Below are positions 36,213 through 50,187 of a DNA stretch of 64,000 nucleotides, piece by piece (positions within the stretch are counted from its first letter, which is position 1; every line of letters begins with the position of its first letter). The translations under genes and the position numbers were made by a program. Under the pieces are notes generated by a model, which saw only the letters and a program-made list of their open reading frames with translations, ran no database searches and was not told the DNA's origin. The DNA is taken from assembly GCA_964234715.1 (NCBI GenBank), contig OZ174281.1. One strand, given 5' to 3'. Origin of the DNA: Podarcis melisellensis (Eukaryota).

Positions 36213-37100
36213 CTGTGGCAAAAGCAAAACAAAACATGTAAGTGTATTATTTCAGTATACCCTGGTGCTTATCATGGGATTTGACCATTTGCAATGCTGT
36301 GTTTGGGGCACAAACACTGAGCAGACCGTGATTATTTTGGATAACCACAGCGACACAACTGGGGCACGAACCATTTCTAGGGAAGAGTTTGCAAAGTTTT
36401 CTAAAATGCTAGCATATCTGAACAAGGAAAGTACTCTTGAGGAGAAAAGGGTGAGGGGAACAACCTTTCAGCAATTATTAAACACTTTTTCATAAATGTC
36501 TGAACATTTATTTCAACACCACAATACAGGAGTTTTAAAAATGTAACCAGAGCCTATCACTTAAGTACAAACGCACTGCACACTTCTCAAGCAATACTGC
36601 TCTTCTTCCTATTTGCACTTAAATTGTCCTCTAAAAATGACTTCCCCAAATGTGGAAAGACCTAGATTTTAAGATAGAAATCTAAAGCTGTAATTTTACC
36701 ATTAACATACTATCCCATTACATTGCCTCTCAGTAACTATTTGCAGTGCCATGAAATGCTTCCAAAAATTATTCAGCAATCATTTTCAAACATCCACAAA
36801 TCCCCTCAATGGGGCTTATTTCTAAGTAGTCAGGTATAGGATTCCACTGTAAATGTTATATAGCAGGGGTAGCTAACCTGTGGCTCTCCAGATGTTTTTG
36901 GACTACAAATCCTATCAATGCTCACGATTAGCAATGCTGGCTGAGGCTGATGGGAGTTGGAGTTCAACACCATCATCTGTTATATAGGTTAACATCATGG
37001 TGTGACATACACACACATATTAATTCTTTCTAATTGGTAGCAATCATCCCTGTTCTTTTTGTTTGGAGATTTAAATTTGTAACTTAATAAAAGCAAGGAT

Positions 37101-37467
37101 AAGGTAAAGGTAAATGACTCCTGGACAGTTAAGTCCAGTCAAAGGCGCTCATCTCACTTCAGGCGCTCAGCTCGTTTCAGGCCAAGAGAGCCGGCATTTG
37201 TCCACAGACAGCTTTCCAGGTCATGTGGCCAGTATGTGCGGTTCTGGCACAATGGGACACTGTGACGAGTGCCAGAGCGCATGAAAATGCTGTTTACCTT
37301 CCCACCACAGCGATACCTATTTATCTACTTGCACTGGTGTGCTTTCAAACTGCTAGGTTGGCAGAAGCTGGGACAGAGCAACGGAAGCTCACCCCGTCGC
37401 ACGGATTCGAATTGCTGACCTTCCGATCGGCAAGCCCAAGAGGCTCAGTGTTTTAGACCACAGCGCC
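37101..37467 (-). mobile_element. Sauria SINE (Squam1), variant subfamily
   Basis: Same head/body and ACCTTT tail with a different central and 3' segment; internal duplication ggcgctca.ctc..ttca. Confidence 0.88.
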
Positions 37468-39397
37468 TTAGGGCTGCCAAGGATGTGCACAACTGGAACA
37501 CCATTACAGTATACAGTAAAGAAGAGCAATGCCATACAAGGGCATTTATGCATAAGGACAGACAGAGGTAGGGTTACTGATACGCTATGTGACATCTTAG
37601 AAACCTTTCGGCTTTTAGGGGCAAAACGAAAAGAAGTCTGGTAAAACCTGGGTCACATTTACACCATAAACTTAAAGCACTCATACTACCCATAAATTTG
37701 GGGTTTGTGGGTTCTTTGGAGGATGCCATGACTATGAAAGTAGCATACAAATGCTTTAAATGGTGTGAATGCTACCTTAACGAACCCTTTCCTTTCAACT
37801 GCAGAGAGTAGGAGAGGATGAACTTTCACAGTGCAAAGCCCAGTAGCTCAGCTCCACTTGGAGCTAGTTTACTTTTGACAGTAGAAAGAAAACCCAGAGG
37901 AATAGCATTAGCGGTTGACTACCAGCAGGAGTGGCATCTAAACGGTAGACCCAGTATCTCATTATCTTTGTCTTAGGGCATACGTATTTACCTTTTACTT
38001 GTGCTAGGTCAGGGATGGGGAGTCTATGGCCCTCCAGATGCTGTTACAATTCAACTTTCACATGGCCAATGCTCAGTGAAGATTCAAGTTGCAGTTCAAT
38101 AACATATGGAGGGCTACAGTACTGTGGGACTTCAAAATATATCAAAGTATATATGGAGAGGCAAGAGGAAATTTTTGACACTTTGAGAAGGAATAAAAGG
38201 ATACCCGTAACTGGCTTCCCAATTCCTAGGCCTGCAAGTATAATACAGCTAACCTGATAAATTGATACGCAGCATTTCCTCTTTCCAATTTTAAGTTGGC
38301 AAAACCACATGCATCTCTCTTTTCGTAGTTCTAAGCAAGTCTAACCTGAAATCCCTCTCCCCAGCGCTTACAATGAAATCCCACCCCCTCCACCTCATGC
38401 AGAGGCTACCCTCAGTTTCCTCGCTGCTCCCCTCCCTTACTATTTATCAGCCTGTCTTCTTGCTGGTTAAATCACACGGGCTTTCTTACATTACAAACAC
38501 CGGTATAGCTGTTTAGGGACTAAAATTATAGTCACACTCCAGAGTCCCTATACTTATCCTGCACCATCTCCTAATGCCTCAAATGTACCTTCTGAGTCAT
38601 ATTATTCTTTTGTCAATGGAAGTAAACATTTATGCTTTTATTTTTCAATTTAGGGAACAATGAATATTTTCCACATCATAATATTCCACATAGAAATAAG
38701 AAATTATAGCAGGGCTATCACTGTCAAAAAAAACCCTTTCAGATAACACTTTTTAATGAAATCTCAGGCACAGTGATAAATCCCAAATGAACAAGAATTG
38801 TGACTGCAATTCTAACTGCTTTGATAAGGGCAAGGGGTTGGGGGAGCACTACTGAATTCCACAAGCTTTTTGCTCAATTCTCACAGAGTTCACATTTCTG
38901 TGGTACTAAGCTGACCACGAAGGTAATTTTGCGAAGGTCCCACATTCAGAGGAATTAACCTTGTCTGAAACACTTAACTTCTCAGTGATGAAAATGCATT
39001 CCTTCACAATTAACATCAAGAAATCATTTCAACCTAGTATGATCAATGGAAACCAGATGTTTAATACTTTTTATTGATTTGTTATCCGTTTTCTTCCCTG
39101 AATTATTCACACACACACACACACACGACAAAAAATATGCAAACTCCACTCTCCTAATTCAACTGCTTTGTTATTTTTTGTGTGAGAATGTGTGGATGGA
39201 TGAATAGACATGTATGTATGTATATTTACTTATTTGTAATGATTTATATCACCCCTTCTACACACCATTCAAGGAGGCTTACATTTAGAAACATTTAGAA
39301 AGTACAATATTTTATAGAAGTAAAAATATGACACACCTACAGAGAGAGAGAGAGATTCAGCAAATAAAATAAAGACATAGAACAGAAAATTACCTAC

Positions 39398-39438
39398 TGG
39401 GGTCACAAAGAGTCGGACACGACTAAACAACAACAACA
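39398..39438 (+). mobile_element. BovB/RTE-type 3' terminus (about 40 bp)
   Basis: ggggtcacaaagagtcggacacgactaaac followed by (CAA)n matches the recalled BovB 3' end. Confidence 0.75.
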
Positions 39439-39726
39439 GTAAAACAAGGGTATGCTGGAATTAAAACGTATTCACCATTTCACAAAACAACAGCATAAGG
39501 GAGGATCAATCAAGCCTTGTGGAGCAAAGAATAATATAATTTCAGTGCAACCACTGAAAAGACCTTTGTTGCCATAGTCAGGACACAGAAAAGGACACAG
39601 GTAGGCTGGTACAGGAGGTGGCAGCCCCCAATGTATCCTGTGCCCGATACAAAGGTATTCATGACACTTCAGTGGGAGAGATTAATAATAAAAAAAACTT
39701 CTGTGTTCCTGTGTCCATTCTAAGAT

Positions 39727-39905
39727 CCAATGTGGTGTAGTGGTTAAAATGTCAGCCAAGCCTGGGGAGACCTGGGTTTAAATCCTCCTTAGGGCACGTA
39801 GGATGAGCCTGTGCTTTCAGACTAACCAAGTTGTTTTGGGGATAAAAGCAGGAAGGGGGGGGGGGAGAACCCTGAAGTCACTGGAAAAAGAACAAGATTA
39901 AATTA
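39727..39905 (+). mobile_element. Degenerate older Squam3-like SINE
   Basis: caatgtggtgtagtggtt A box, gggtttaaatcc B box, decayed body. Confidence 0.55.
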
Positions 39906-40014
39906 TAACAAGCAAGCAAACAAACAAATAAGTACCAGAAACACAGTAATTAGGTTGGACAGGTCTTTATCAGGTGTGGCTGCTCTGTTGTGAGGTTCAG
40001 TCCCCATATGGGAC

Positions 40015-40342
40015 AGTTGCATATTCCTGCATTGAAGAGTTTGGATTTGATATCCCGCTTTATCACTACCAGAAGGAGTCTCAAAGAGGCTAACATTCTC
40101 CTTTCCCTTCCTCCCCCACAACAAACACTCTGTGAGGTGAGTGGGGCTGAGAGACTTCAGAGAAGTGTGACTAGCCCAAGGTCACCCAGCAGCTGCATGT
40201 GGAGGAGTGGAGACACGAACCCGGTTCACCAGATTACAAGTCTACCGCTCTTAACCACTACACCACACTGGCTCTCATTGCAGTGGTTTGGATTAGATGA
40301 TCCCAAGGGTTGCTTCCAACTCTACAATTCTATGATTCTATG
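40015..40342 (+). mobile_element. CR1 LINE 3' end, split by the Squam3 SINE
   Basis: attcctgcattg...ggattagatgatccc...ttccaactctacaattctatgattctatg; ATTCTATG terminal repeat typical of CR1. Confidence 0.75.
40035..40276 (-). mobile_element. Squam3-type tRNA-derived SINE
   Basis: Head GAGAGCCAGTGTGGTGTAGTGGTTAAGAG (A box) ... GGTTCGTGTCTCC (B box); L2-like 3' end GCGGGATATCAAATCCAAAC. Confidence 0.82.
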
Positions 40343-40594
40343 TCTAAATTGGTATTTTGGAAATCTTTGCCCAGTTATGTGTTTTGACCATGCAGATTTT
40401 AGCATTCTTCTAGTCTTGCAAACCGGCATACTGAAGTGTTTGGTGTATTAGTCAACTGTCAGGCTAGCAAGCTTTCTTGCCACAAATAATATATTGTGGG
40501 AAGAGTCAATGGCTTTCTTTGCTTTGGTGACCTACTTCTGTGACCTGATACCAGAAGTTATGCATTTCCATCAAACAACTGCAGTTTTGATTAC

Positions 40595-40791
40595 CTTTGG
40601 TCATCCCCTGCATTCTGGCTGCTGTTCAGGACAATCCTCCAAAGATCTGAGGCTACAAGCTCTTTTTGGTCAACCATCAAGTTGATATTAGGCAGTGGCA
40701 GCTCACAAACTTTGCTTTCTGATAGGCTGAATTCTCTGAAAGCAACAAATGACTTCTGGAGCTCATCCCAGTATTCCAAACTGCAGGGAAT
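40595..40791 (-). CDS. VPS13B: VPS13B exon D (197 nt): IPCSLEYWDELQKSFVAFREFSLSESKVCEL...DLWRIVLNSSQNAGDDQ
   Basis: Acceptor tttacag|ATT, donor AAG|gtaatc; phase 0 to 2. Confidence 0.96.
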
Positions 40792-41734
40792 CTGTAAAGT
40801 TAGCAAACAAATCTTAGTTGCTTGACATTTCTTGACAAATATAAAAACATGCGTTTGTAGCTACACTACTGGTTTATTTTAATTTTAATGGTAAATAGCC
40901 AAGATATCTCTTCAGCCATATCCTTAACAGATTTCTTTTAATAGTTTCATGTTAATATAGCTGGCATTGATATAGGTTTTTATTCAATTCAATGGGGTTA
41001 GGATACATCTCCAGTTACTACCAGACAATTTGTACAAACACCCCAGGATCACACAAAAACACATTATGAACAGATATTAAACACTCTAAAACACAACTGA
41101 ATTCCACCATACATCAAGAATATATTTTCCTAAGGCATTGATTAAGTGACTTAAATTTTCTGTATAGCATAAATACAGTTGGAGACAGAAAGTATTATTT
41201 CCCAATGTACATATGTTAGTGATCAGAACCTATAATAGTAAGCAGCTAATTATCCACTTGGGCCCTTTTCAGAAAGGGTGTGATCCATCCAAGAAAGGAT
41301 ATTCCACCTCTCTTAAGCCACAGTGGAAACCAACCATCAAAAGTTTGTTCTTATCTAGATACAGCATCATCTTGTTAACTGCTGTACAGCCCCCTACTGT
41401 ATCTAAGCACCAGTTTAGAAATGTCACAGCTACTACCAATTCAGATTATGAAAAGTAGAACATATTGACAACACTAAACTCCAAAACTCACCAATTTCAA
41501 ATTACTATTAAGCAAGGGAAGTGGCAAAACAGAGTCCTGTTAAGCTCTACACATTCAATCCTATGGAAAGGGCAAATATCACCCACCAAATATTTCACCA
41601 AGTGATCCAATATTGTTATAGATTTGCAGGGGATCCCCTCCCCCTAAACACTATAAATTAATAAATTGTAAAATTTTGATTACTTGACTGGAAGATTGGA
41701 GGCCAGTGAAAAAGTACAGGCTAAGCTTCCTACC

Positions 41735-42100
41735 GGGACACAGGTGGCGCTGTGGTCTAAACCACAGAGCCTAGGGCTTGCTGATCAGAAGGTCGGCGGT
41801 TCAAATCCCTGCAACAAGATGAACTCCCATTGCTTGGTCCCAGCTCTTGCCCACCTAGCAGTTCAAAAGCATGCCAAAAAGCACAAGTGGATAAATAGGT
41901 ACTTCTCCGGTGGGAAGGTAAACGGCGTTTCCATGCGCTGCTCTGGTTCACCAGAAACGGCTTAGTCATGCTGGCCACATGACCTGGAAGCTGCCTGCGG
42001 ACAAATGTCGGCTCCCTTGGTCTATAGAGCGAGAAGAGCGCCGCAACCCCAGAGTCGTCCATGACTGGACCTAACGGTCTGGGGTACCTTTACCTTTAAC
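41735..42100 (+). mobile_element. Sauria SINE (Squam1), full length
   Basis: gggacacaggtggcgctgtggtctaaacc head, tacctttaccttt tail, TSD cttcctac (41726-41733 / 42101-42108). Confidence 0.92.
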
Positions 42101-43329
42101 CTTCCTACTCTCAAGCTCATGTGATTACACACACGAGAAATCAGTCAAATAACAATTGGGCAGACTGCTACTGCACTCAGGCTCTGCTTTTGGGCTTCCC
42201 ATAAGCGTCTAGTTAGCCACTGTGAAAACCAAAGGGCGATTGGGGGGCCAATGTCACACGCATGATATCAGGACGTTGGGAGGAACTGGGTTAGAGCCAA
42301 ATGCCGCATCTGCACAGCTTCAATGGCTGGTAGCGCCTCCTCCTGATGTTGCCACTAGCTGGAAGCTGCTGCTTCAACCCTCATTCCCCTCCACGGCTGT
42401 AACATGGTCAGCTCTGTTATTCACCTCTGCACTTTTGGGATGGTGGGGCAGCCCAACTCTGAAAATATAGGGGGGTGCAAAAGGGCTTGGTCTTCTGGAC
42501 CTGGCGCCCCAGCTGGGAACAGAATGCTGAACTAGATGAGACTTGGGTCTGTTCCAGCAGAGCTCTTCTAATGTCTTTATGGAAGGTTAACTAGAAGAAG
42601 GCCTTAAAAAAACACACCAACCCGAACACACAGCTATTAAAAAAGCAAAGCAAAGATTTATTTTCACATAATCTTTAATTTTAATATGTGTGAAACATAA
42701 AAGCCCTCATATGTTAACAAATATACAAGATACAGTGAAAATGTAATATGCTGTAAAATAAAAACTGCACATTCATCTTTTAGTGATCCCCTTTAGGAAT
42801 GCTAGTTAGATTCTGGGAGTCGGAAAAATATCAAACTTTGCAGTGTGAAATATTTAAGAGTGATTTATAGCCTGACACCCAAAGGCCTAGCAAGGAGGAA
42901 AGTCCCACTGAAATGCATGGGGTTTACAGTGGCTCAGAGCTTTGGAAACTGGATTTGGCAATTTAAACTGATTTAAACTCTACATTTCTAAGCATATCAC
43001 ATTATTTGTCCTTGTGGGTGGATGGGGGTTATTACTAATGGCCCGGCTTGGTAAATATAAAGGAAGATGACTGCTTTGTGCAGTAGCAGCTGCCAAAAAT
43101 AATAGTTTGAAACTTGGATATCAAGTATATCCCACAAAATGACTCATGGGCAAGGGAAGTGAGGATATTAGTTGCACTAGAAAGTGTCCCATAAGAAAAA
43201 TAAAATTGTATTCCTTTTGTCTTCAAAATGATTAATACTCTACCTACATTTCAAATAATGCTCACCTCCTGGGATGTTGCTCCTACCATTTCCACAATAA
43301 AAGCAAGGAAAGTACCCTGGCATAGTGCC

Positions 43330-43333
<4 letters not shown>

Positions 43334-43377
<44 letters not shown>
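43334..43377. repeat. (CA)n microsatellite
   Basis: Direct reading. Confidence 0.95.
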
Positions 43378-43380
<3 letters not shown>

Positions 43381-46300
43381 GCCAGAACAGAGCAGCTCTC
43401 TGAATTCCACACACCTCAGTTCTCCATGTGTTGCATGGGACCCAAGTTTATGAATGAAGCTGAACAGAAGTAGTCAAAGGCAGGGCAGGGCAATGACGAC
43501 AATGACTTGGCCTCCTACTACAAAGGTGGGCCAAGAAGCTGCTACTGAAGCCTACATGCTCTTGCATGAGGGGACAGTGGGTGCTAAAGTCTAAGTAAGC
43601 TGGGTGGCCTGAGAGTCCTGACTGTATGTAGCTCCCTGGAATGCTAAACAGGCCACCTTTGGTGTGGATGAGCCCTCAGTGCCTGAGTTTGGTCATCCTG
43701 ATAGAGGCTAGGAGAATAGGAGGTCTGAGACCCTTTTTATTTTGCTGCATCTCTTCACAGCTTTTGATATCATCAGCCATAGTGTATTTCCAGTTGTCAC
43801 CTGCACTGCAAAGGAAAGCTTTGGCCTCCAGCTGCTGGCCAGCTTCACTTCCCCATCATGCCTCTTGGACTGACGGCTGAATTTAGGGGTTTGGGGCCCG
43901 AAAAAACTGAAAGAAGAAGGACAGCTTCCACGGCTTGGGGAAAAGTGGGATGGGGAGGAGAAAATGGGGGTGTGCAGTATAGGTATCAGGCTGCTACAGA
44001 AGAGACTGGGGGAGGAGAGTTGGGTGCCCTATGGATGCTGCATAGTGGAAGAATGCAGGGTGGGTGGGTAAGTGTCAGGTGGGGACTGAGGGGACAAAGG
44101 GAGGAGAGCAGTGCATATATGGAAGTGGCAAGGGGGGGGGAAGCAGGGTAATGCAGGGCTCAGGCAATTCATTTCAGAAGTTCCTAATTCACAACTTGTT
44201 TCCTGCTTTCCTTAGGGATTCCTATTCCAGAAATAACTACTGTACAACAAAGCATACATATTAGAGTAGACAGAAAATACACACATTTGTTCGTGAGTGA
44301 ACTCTAACTTCTTACCAAAGCCATCTAAATAAAAGAAGCGGGGGAAAGTATTATCTGCAAGAAGTCAAACTACAAATTTGTTTTAACCCAAGCTTCTTCC
44401 TGAAAAGAAAAAGCTGCTAGTAATCAATATATCAGAATGTCCACCCACCCCTCGTTTATTGCCATTTCCCTTATACATTTCTCTCTCCCCCCCCTTTCAC
44501 ATACACACACACATACACATACACAAATGTAAAGAAAACTATTTGATCTACATTTCGTAAGTGTCATTTTGTGTGTCCCCTAGAAGCCAATGTTCTTTTT
44601 AAAAAATCCACAGTATTTCCCTCAAGTGAATGCGCCACCTGAACATCACTTGAGTTCCACTAACATACCTCACAGTCAGTGATTAATTTGTAAAATGAGA
44701 GGTGCCTAGTTCCATGACTGTCTGTCTCTTATCTGAAAGCTTTACTCTTTAATCCTTGAATATGCATGTTTGTTTGGTTGAGAGAGAGAGAGAGAGAGCG
44801 CACTCAGCATAATTTATGACACAATGCAAAGCCACTAAATTTCTCCAACAAATTCTGAGACTCAATGAAAAAAACCCATGTAAAACTATATATTGCCATG
44901 CATTTGCTTATTCTAGATATGGAGGTGACGTGACCCAATGGAAGACATGATATGTTCCTACAAACTAGACGCCTTGGTGAACTTGGCTTCAGTGGGAGTT
45001 GTTCACATATAATTAAGAACAGGACCTCTGCCTTAAATAGACTCTAATGTTAAAAATGTTCTCCTCTAATGTTAAAAATTAAAATAAAACAACAACCACC
45101 TCCTGCATTTTGCTTCCAAGTCATGACCGTTACATACATCAAGCAGCTAGTATATACTCTATACCCATTCCACTACACTTGAGTACATATTATGTTCTAT
45201 AAAATAAACCATAGACACTCAGTTATATAGCTGAAATGCCAGAGAAGTCATGTTTGCATGGGGGGGAAATATAGTTCTCTTTTTACATTATCTCCCCGCC
45301 TTTTAGATGACTTTAGAAAGAGGCTTCTATACATCTTCAACTAATAGAAGCCATAAAACCCCCTTTGTAATATTGGAACCAGTTGAGAAACCACAAGTAT
45401 TCAAATGCAGGAAATCATGATTTTATAACATTTTAATGTGATCTACTCTTGGGAAAAAAAGTTAACCAAGCCCTATTTCTGTTCAGGAAATATTCCACTG
45501 TACAGTTGTAATACATTGTGGTACGGGGTACAGCTGCACGCTTTTCACCTGTAATGCCCCACTGGTATTGTGGCTTTGCTGCATTGCATCAAGATTGCCT
45601 TCCTGTCCGGAAAGCCCTCTAAGTACAAACAAGACTCTAAGCTGAGGTTTTATTTTCCCTTGGTATCAGAATATGGTAATTCAAGAGCCCTGAGAAATAC
45701 TTTTTTAACCTTTATGAAGAAATATGCAGCATTCCTTTATTTTTAGGGAAAGCATGTGGCTGGCTTATCTTATCAATTCATCAAGCTACTAGGTTTTAGA
45801 GCAAATGCAGGTGTGCTGTGGACTGCAATGTGCTACAAAGAATGGATTTATTCTCATTAAAAAGGAAACAAACAAACAGATATTTAAAATATTGGTTTCA
45901 TGAAAACACAGAGAGAACAATGCATGAAACATGTGTGCAATATATATATATATATATATGAGATAACATGCTGATAAGACTCAAACCAATTTCATATGAG
46001 GAATGCCTCTCTTGTCTTTTGTTGTACAAATACCCTTGGAGGTCACTTAAAAGTTTGACTGCAAAGACAGACAGAAAGGCGTTGTACAAATATTCTGCTC
46101 TTAATATGTACTGCTTGGCTTTGCAACCGATGGATGCAGAGCTATGTATCATACAGAGCTATGGAAGCACATCTCATACTGAACTGCTTTCATAGGTACT
46201 CTACATATCACCTTGAAATGTAGATTCAACATGCTAGTAGGCATTTGCTTGTTTATTTAGCTCTCAACTAACTTTGGGGAAGAGAACATCCCGTGCTGTG

Positions 46301-48909
46301 CAAACAAATAAGAAAGGCACTTTAAGAAAGACAAATTGATACATAATGGATTGAGGTCAGACAGCAGTAGTGCTTTGTGGACTCTCTGTATGGATATTTT
46401 ATCTCTATAAATTGCTCTATAGCAAATCAGTCCATTGCTCCATCTAGCCTAGTAGACAGGCAGCAGTTCTCCATCATATCAGGCAAGAGTTTCCTCTTTC
46501 CCAGCCCTGTTACCAGAGATCCTTTAACTAGTGGTTCTGGGATTGCACCCAGCAATAACAGTGCTGCTAAATTGTAATTTTAGCACTTTGAGGCTAAAAT
46601 GAAAGCATTCAAGATATAACCACAGGGGCTTCAAGCACATAGCTCTAATTGGCAGATACTCTGATGCGGCAGTTGCTTGCAAGCTTGAGAGCTCCCACAG
46701 ACATACAAATACTGCCTGCATTCTATCTCCATGTATGGAAAAAAAATCACAAATTCATCTAAGAAAACATCTTGATGTTCGGACATCAGAGGTTGGGAAC
46801 CTTGCAGCAGACAAAATTTAGCCCGCTGTCCTAAGGTGGTTATGTTGGTGAGAAATTGAGGCTGTTTTAACATCCATACCCTAAGCTCTGTTGGGCTTGG
46901 AGGTCACTCTTACCACCCCCCACCCCACCCCCATTGGGAACAATACTGTAGGAGGGAAATCACTGTCTGGGGGGGCATTAGGGGACTGAGAAGGTCTTGG
47001 ATCCAAGCAATTCTCACTCTTCCCACAGAGTACCCCCTTCAGGGGCCCAGTGACACTGGAGATCTGACAGCAGTTGTGCAGGGGTGTTAGGAGGTTTTTA
47101 AGGTGACACCAGAGCTACTTCTTGGATACTGAAGAGGGAGACCTGATATATTCTATGGCCCCTGAGATGCCCACCCAAAGGCCATGGGATCACACCCTTA
47201 AGATCGAAAAAGCTGTGTTCATTTCATTTACCTATAAGAAGCTGTGGTCATTTTATTTACCAATTAAAATGTCAAGAGAAAGAAATTACATAGTCAAAAA
47301 AAATCTCTGTTTGACCAGTTTGCTATAACTAGCATTTAGAACAGGCTAGTGTTAGTCTTTGCTGTCAATAATTGTGACAGAACTTTTGTATCTTCCCTTG
47401 CTAATGCTATGAACTTAACTCACTACCTTGTCATGCCCAAATTATTTGGATTTCCCAAATACTTGCTTCTGAAATTTGAGAAATGAGTCAAACATCAGTA
47501 AAAATTGTGGTTTTCCAAAAAGCCCTTTTCCCAGCCTCTCGAATGCCAGCTCAACCTTGCAGTCTCAATGGGGAATGCAAAACAAAAAGGAAATGGAATC
47601 AGCCAAATATGAGGTATTTTCTGTTAAAAGGAAAAATTAATGCCTTTGACGTTGATCATAATTAGTTTCCTGTTGACTGTCATGTCAAATATTTCCTGAA
47701 GTTATGACTTATAGTAAATCTCAAGCCAATTGCTCTAAAGCCCATACTTCCTTTAGCCACTGTTTTAAGGAGCAACTAAGTATTTGAAAAGCTGTCTATT
47801 TATAGGGTAACATAGTGTTGAAAATACCAAACTCATAAACTCTTAGTGAAGGAATACTTTAGACAAGCACAGGCTTATTGATGCACTTAGACAATAAATC
47901 TGCCCTAAATGTGATCCATTCATTTACACCTAAAAATTCCAGTGATACATATAATGAAATGTATAATGAAGATCCAGTGGGGCTTTCCATTCTACACCCC
48001 CCCCCAAACCACTTGAGATCAGATAACCTTTCAAAACAGCATGGATTTATACTGTGGAAGGGTGGGAAATGGTAGATCATTTTCTGCTCATGCAAAACCA
48101 CATTGGGATCCAAACTCTTTATTTTATAGCTCTGACACATTTAACTTTTGTTTACTAAGTTTCCTTTCCCCTCCCCTTCCTCTAGATTCCCCTGTGTTGA
48201 ATTTTAGACCTTAAGCTCTTCAAGGTAAGGAACTACCCTTCTGTTCTGTATTATACATATTGCTGGAATCAAATATAAAAAAGAAAACAAATATTGCTGG
48301 ATTCTTGCATTTACTTCCGAAGTTTGGGCTGATTAACTAAGTTTTCCCTCTACTGAGTCTCAGCAAAACTCTTATGCTCTTCTGATAATTATATAATGTT
48401 TTGCTTTTTTCTTCTTCCTAACAGACACTTTTTCGAATTGATGAAATCTGGCTAAATCAAAGAGTTCCTGACATTTGTTAAAACGAACAGTCCCCCCAAA
48501 AGGGAGAAAAAGTTCAAGCCATTTGAAACTCAAAGATAGTCTAGCTGGAGAGAACTCACTTGGGACCAACAAAAGCAATTTACATGTCATGCGACTAAGT
48601 TGCAGCCTAAGCTTGCAACTTTAATGTTAAACCTACATTGGACAAGAAGCAAAATAAATTTAAAAATGGTTTCTGGTTTTTATATTTCATCTGCAACATT
48701 CTGAACAGGACCCCCCCCCCCCAAAAAAAAATCTGGGTACAGCCATGTCATACATGGAGTTGCCTGTGTGAGAACAAATAAAAACTGATATTTTCCATAG
48801 CAGTTCCTTACTTCTTGCTAAGACAGCCCACCTAATACTGGAGGAGCATGGGCTTCTTTGTCCTTGCTGAAATGGGGACAACCCTGGACCTCTCAGGAAA
48901 GGCTACTAT

Positions 48910-49900
48910 TGTGATTACTATTTCAATTTATCGGTTGTTTGATGCTCTAAGTGACTCACAATGAGTCTCTAAGTGACTTACAAAATTGCAAGAGAATAAA
49001 ACATAACATAAAAGAAAAAAACAATATTCTTCAATAAAAGCCATACAATAACTTTGTTGTCTGGGCAGCCAAGACCGCTATACACATGGCCCAGGCTTGC
49101 CCCGGGGAGGTAACTTCGGTGCTGCTAACACAGCAATTTGACCACACCCCCAGAGGCACACTCCATTGTCTCTGAAGACAGACAGATGCCAACTCACAGA
49201 ACAGACTCAATAAAACAGCAGCAAAGACACAGTAATCCATCAAATGCCTGGGAGAAGAGATATATTTCTACCTGGTGCTGAAAGGATGTTAATGATAGTG
49301 CTAGGTGAACCTCACTTCGAAGAGCTTTTCACAACTGAAAAAGCCCTTGTCATCCAGTGAATCTTCCTCAGAGGGGGGATTTGGGCCTCAGACAAAGACC
49401 AAAGGGTCCAAGTGGGCTCATGAGGTGAGAGGCTCCAAAAGATACTGGGCTCCAATATATCATGGCTTTGGTTTCCAAAGCTTAGGGCTTTGACTTGGTT
49501 GGGAAACATACAAGTAGCCTGTGAAGCTGTGGCAGAATTGATGTTATATGATTAGCCTGCTTCAAGTCTGCAACAATCAGCAGCTGCATTCTGCACTAGC
49601 TGCAGTTTCCAAACAGTCTTGCACTAACCCATTCATGAGGTTTCCAGAGCATAGATTACTGCAGCCAGAATTTTCCTGTCTAGATAGGCTGATGGCCCCA
49701 AAAGACCCTAAGCAGAGTGACAACGGTGGATCTATGTGGACCCCCAAACTCCATGGAAATATTTCATATGTATGAACAGATGAAATAAATACACTGATAT
49801 TTGTTAGCAAGCACCCCTTTGGAACTCAGGCTTTAATCCAGGATTCTGCACAGGTGTTTAGGATTGTCTCTAGGTTAATTTTAAGCAAGTTGAATAACAA
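48910..49900 (-). mobile_element. Decayed L2 LINE 3' fragment
   Basis: Recalled squamate L2 motifs gctgcattctgcactagctgcagtttcc and aatgcctgggagaagaga; boundaries approximate. Confidence 0.55.
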
Positions 49901-50187
49901 ATCTGGTCCAGGCCATAGAGTGGGAAGTATGTGACCCTATAGTCTAGTCTTGATGCTTTTCATTCCCTGTAACATTATGTCTGTAGAGAGTTTTTCTTAT
50001 TATTTTATCAGGTCTATTCAAATCAAAAGCTTAAAGCAAACTTTAAGCAATTGAGAATCAACAGTTTCACTCACCCTAAATCCCTTGTACCCTTATAAAC
50101 CAGAGACGTGTTAAAATATATATAATAAATGACCTCCCACCAGCACTGTGAAAATATACTTTCCAAAATAACAAAAACCCTACCCAC

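Noticed and set aside
39990-40451. Longest ORF in the track (153 aa)
   Set aside because: Runs through the antisense Squam3 SINE and the CR1 tail.
43940-44150. G-rich tract with quadruplex potential and a 97-aa ORF
   Set aside because: Irregular G-runs in low-complexity, probably repeat-derived sequence; no support for function.
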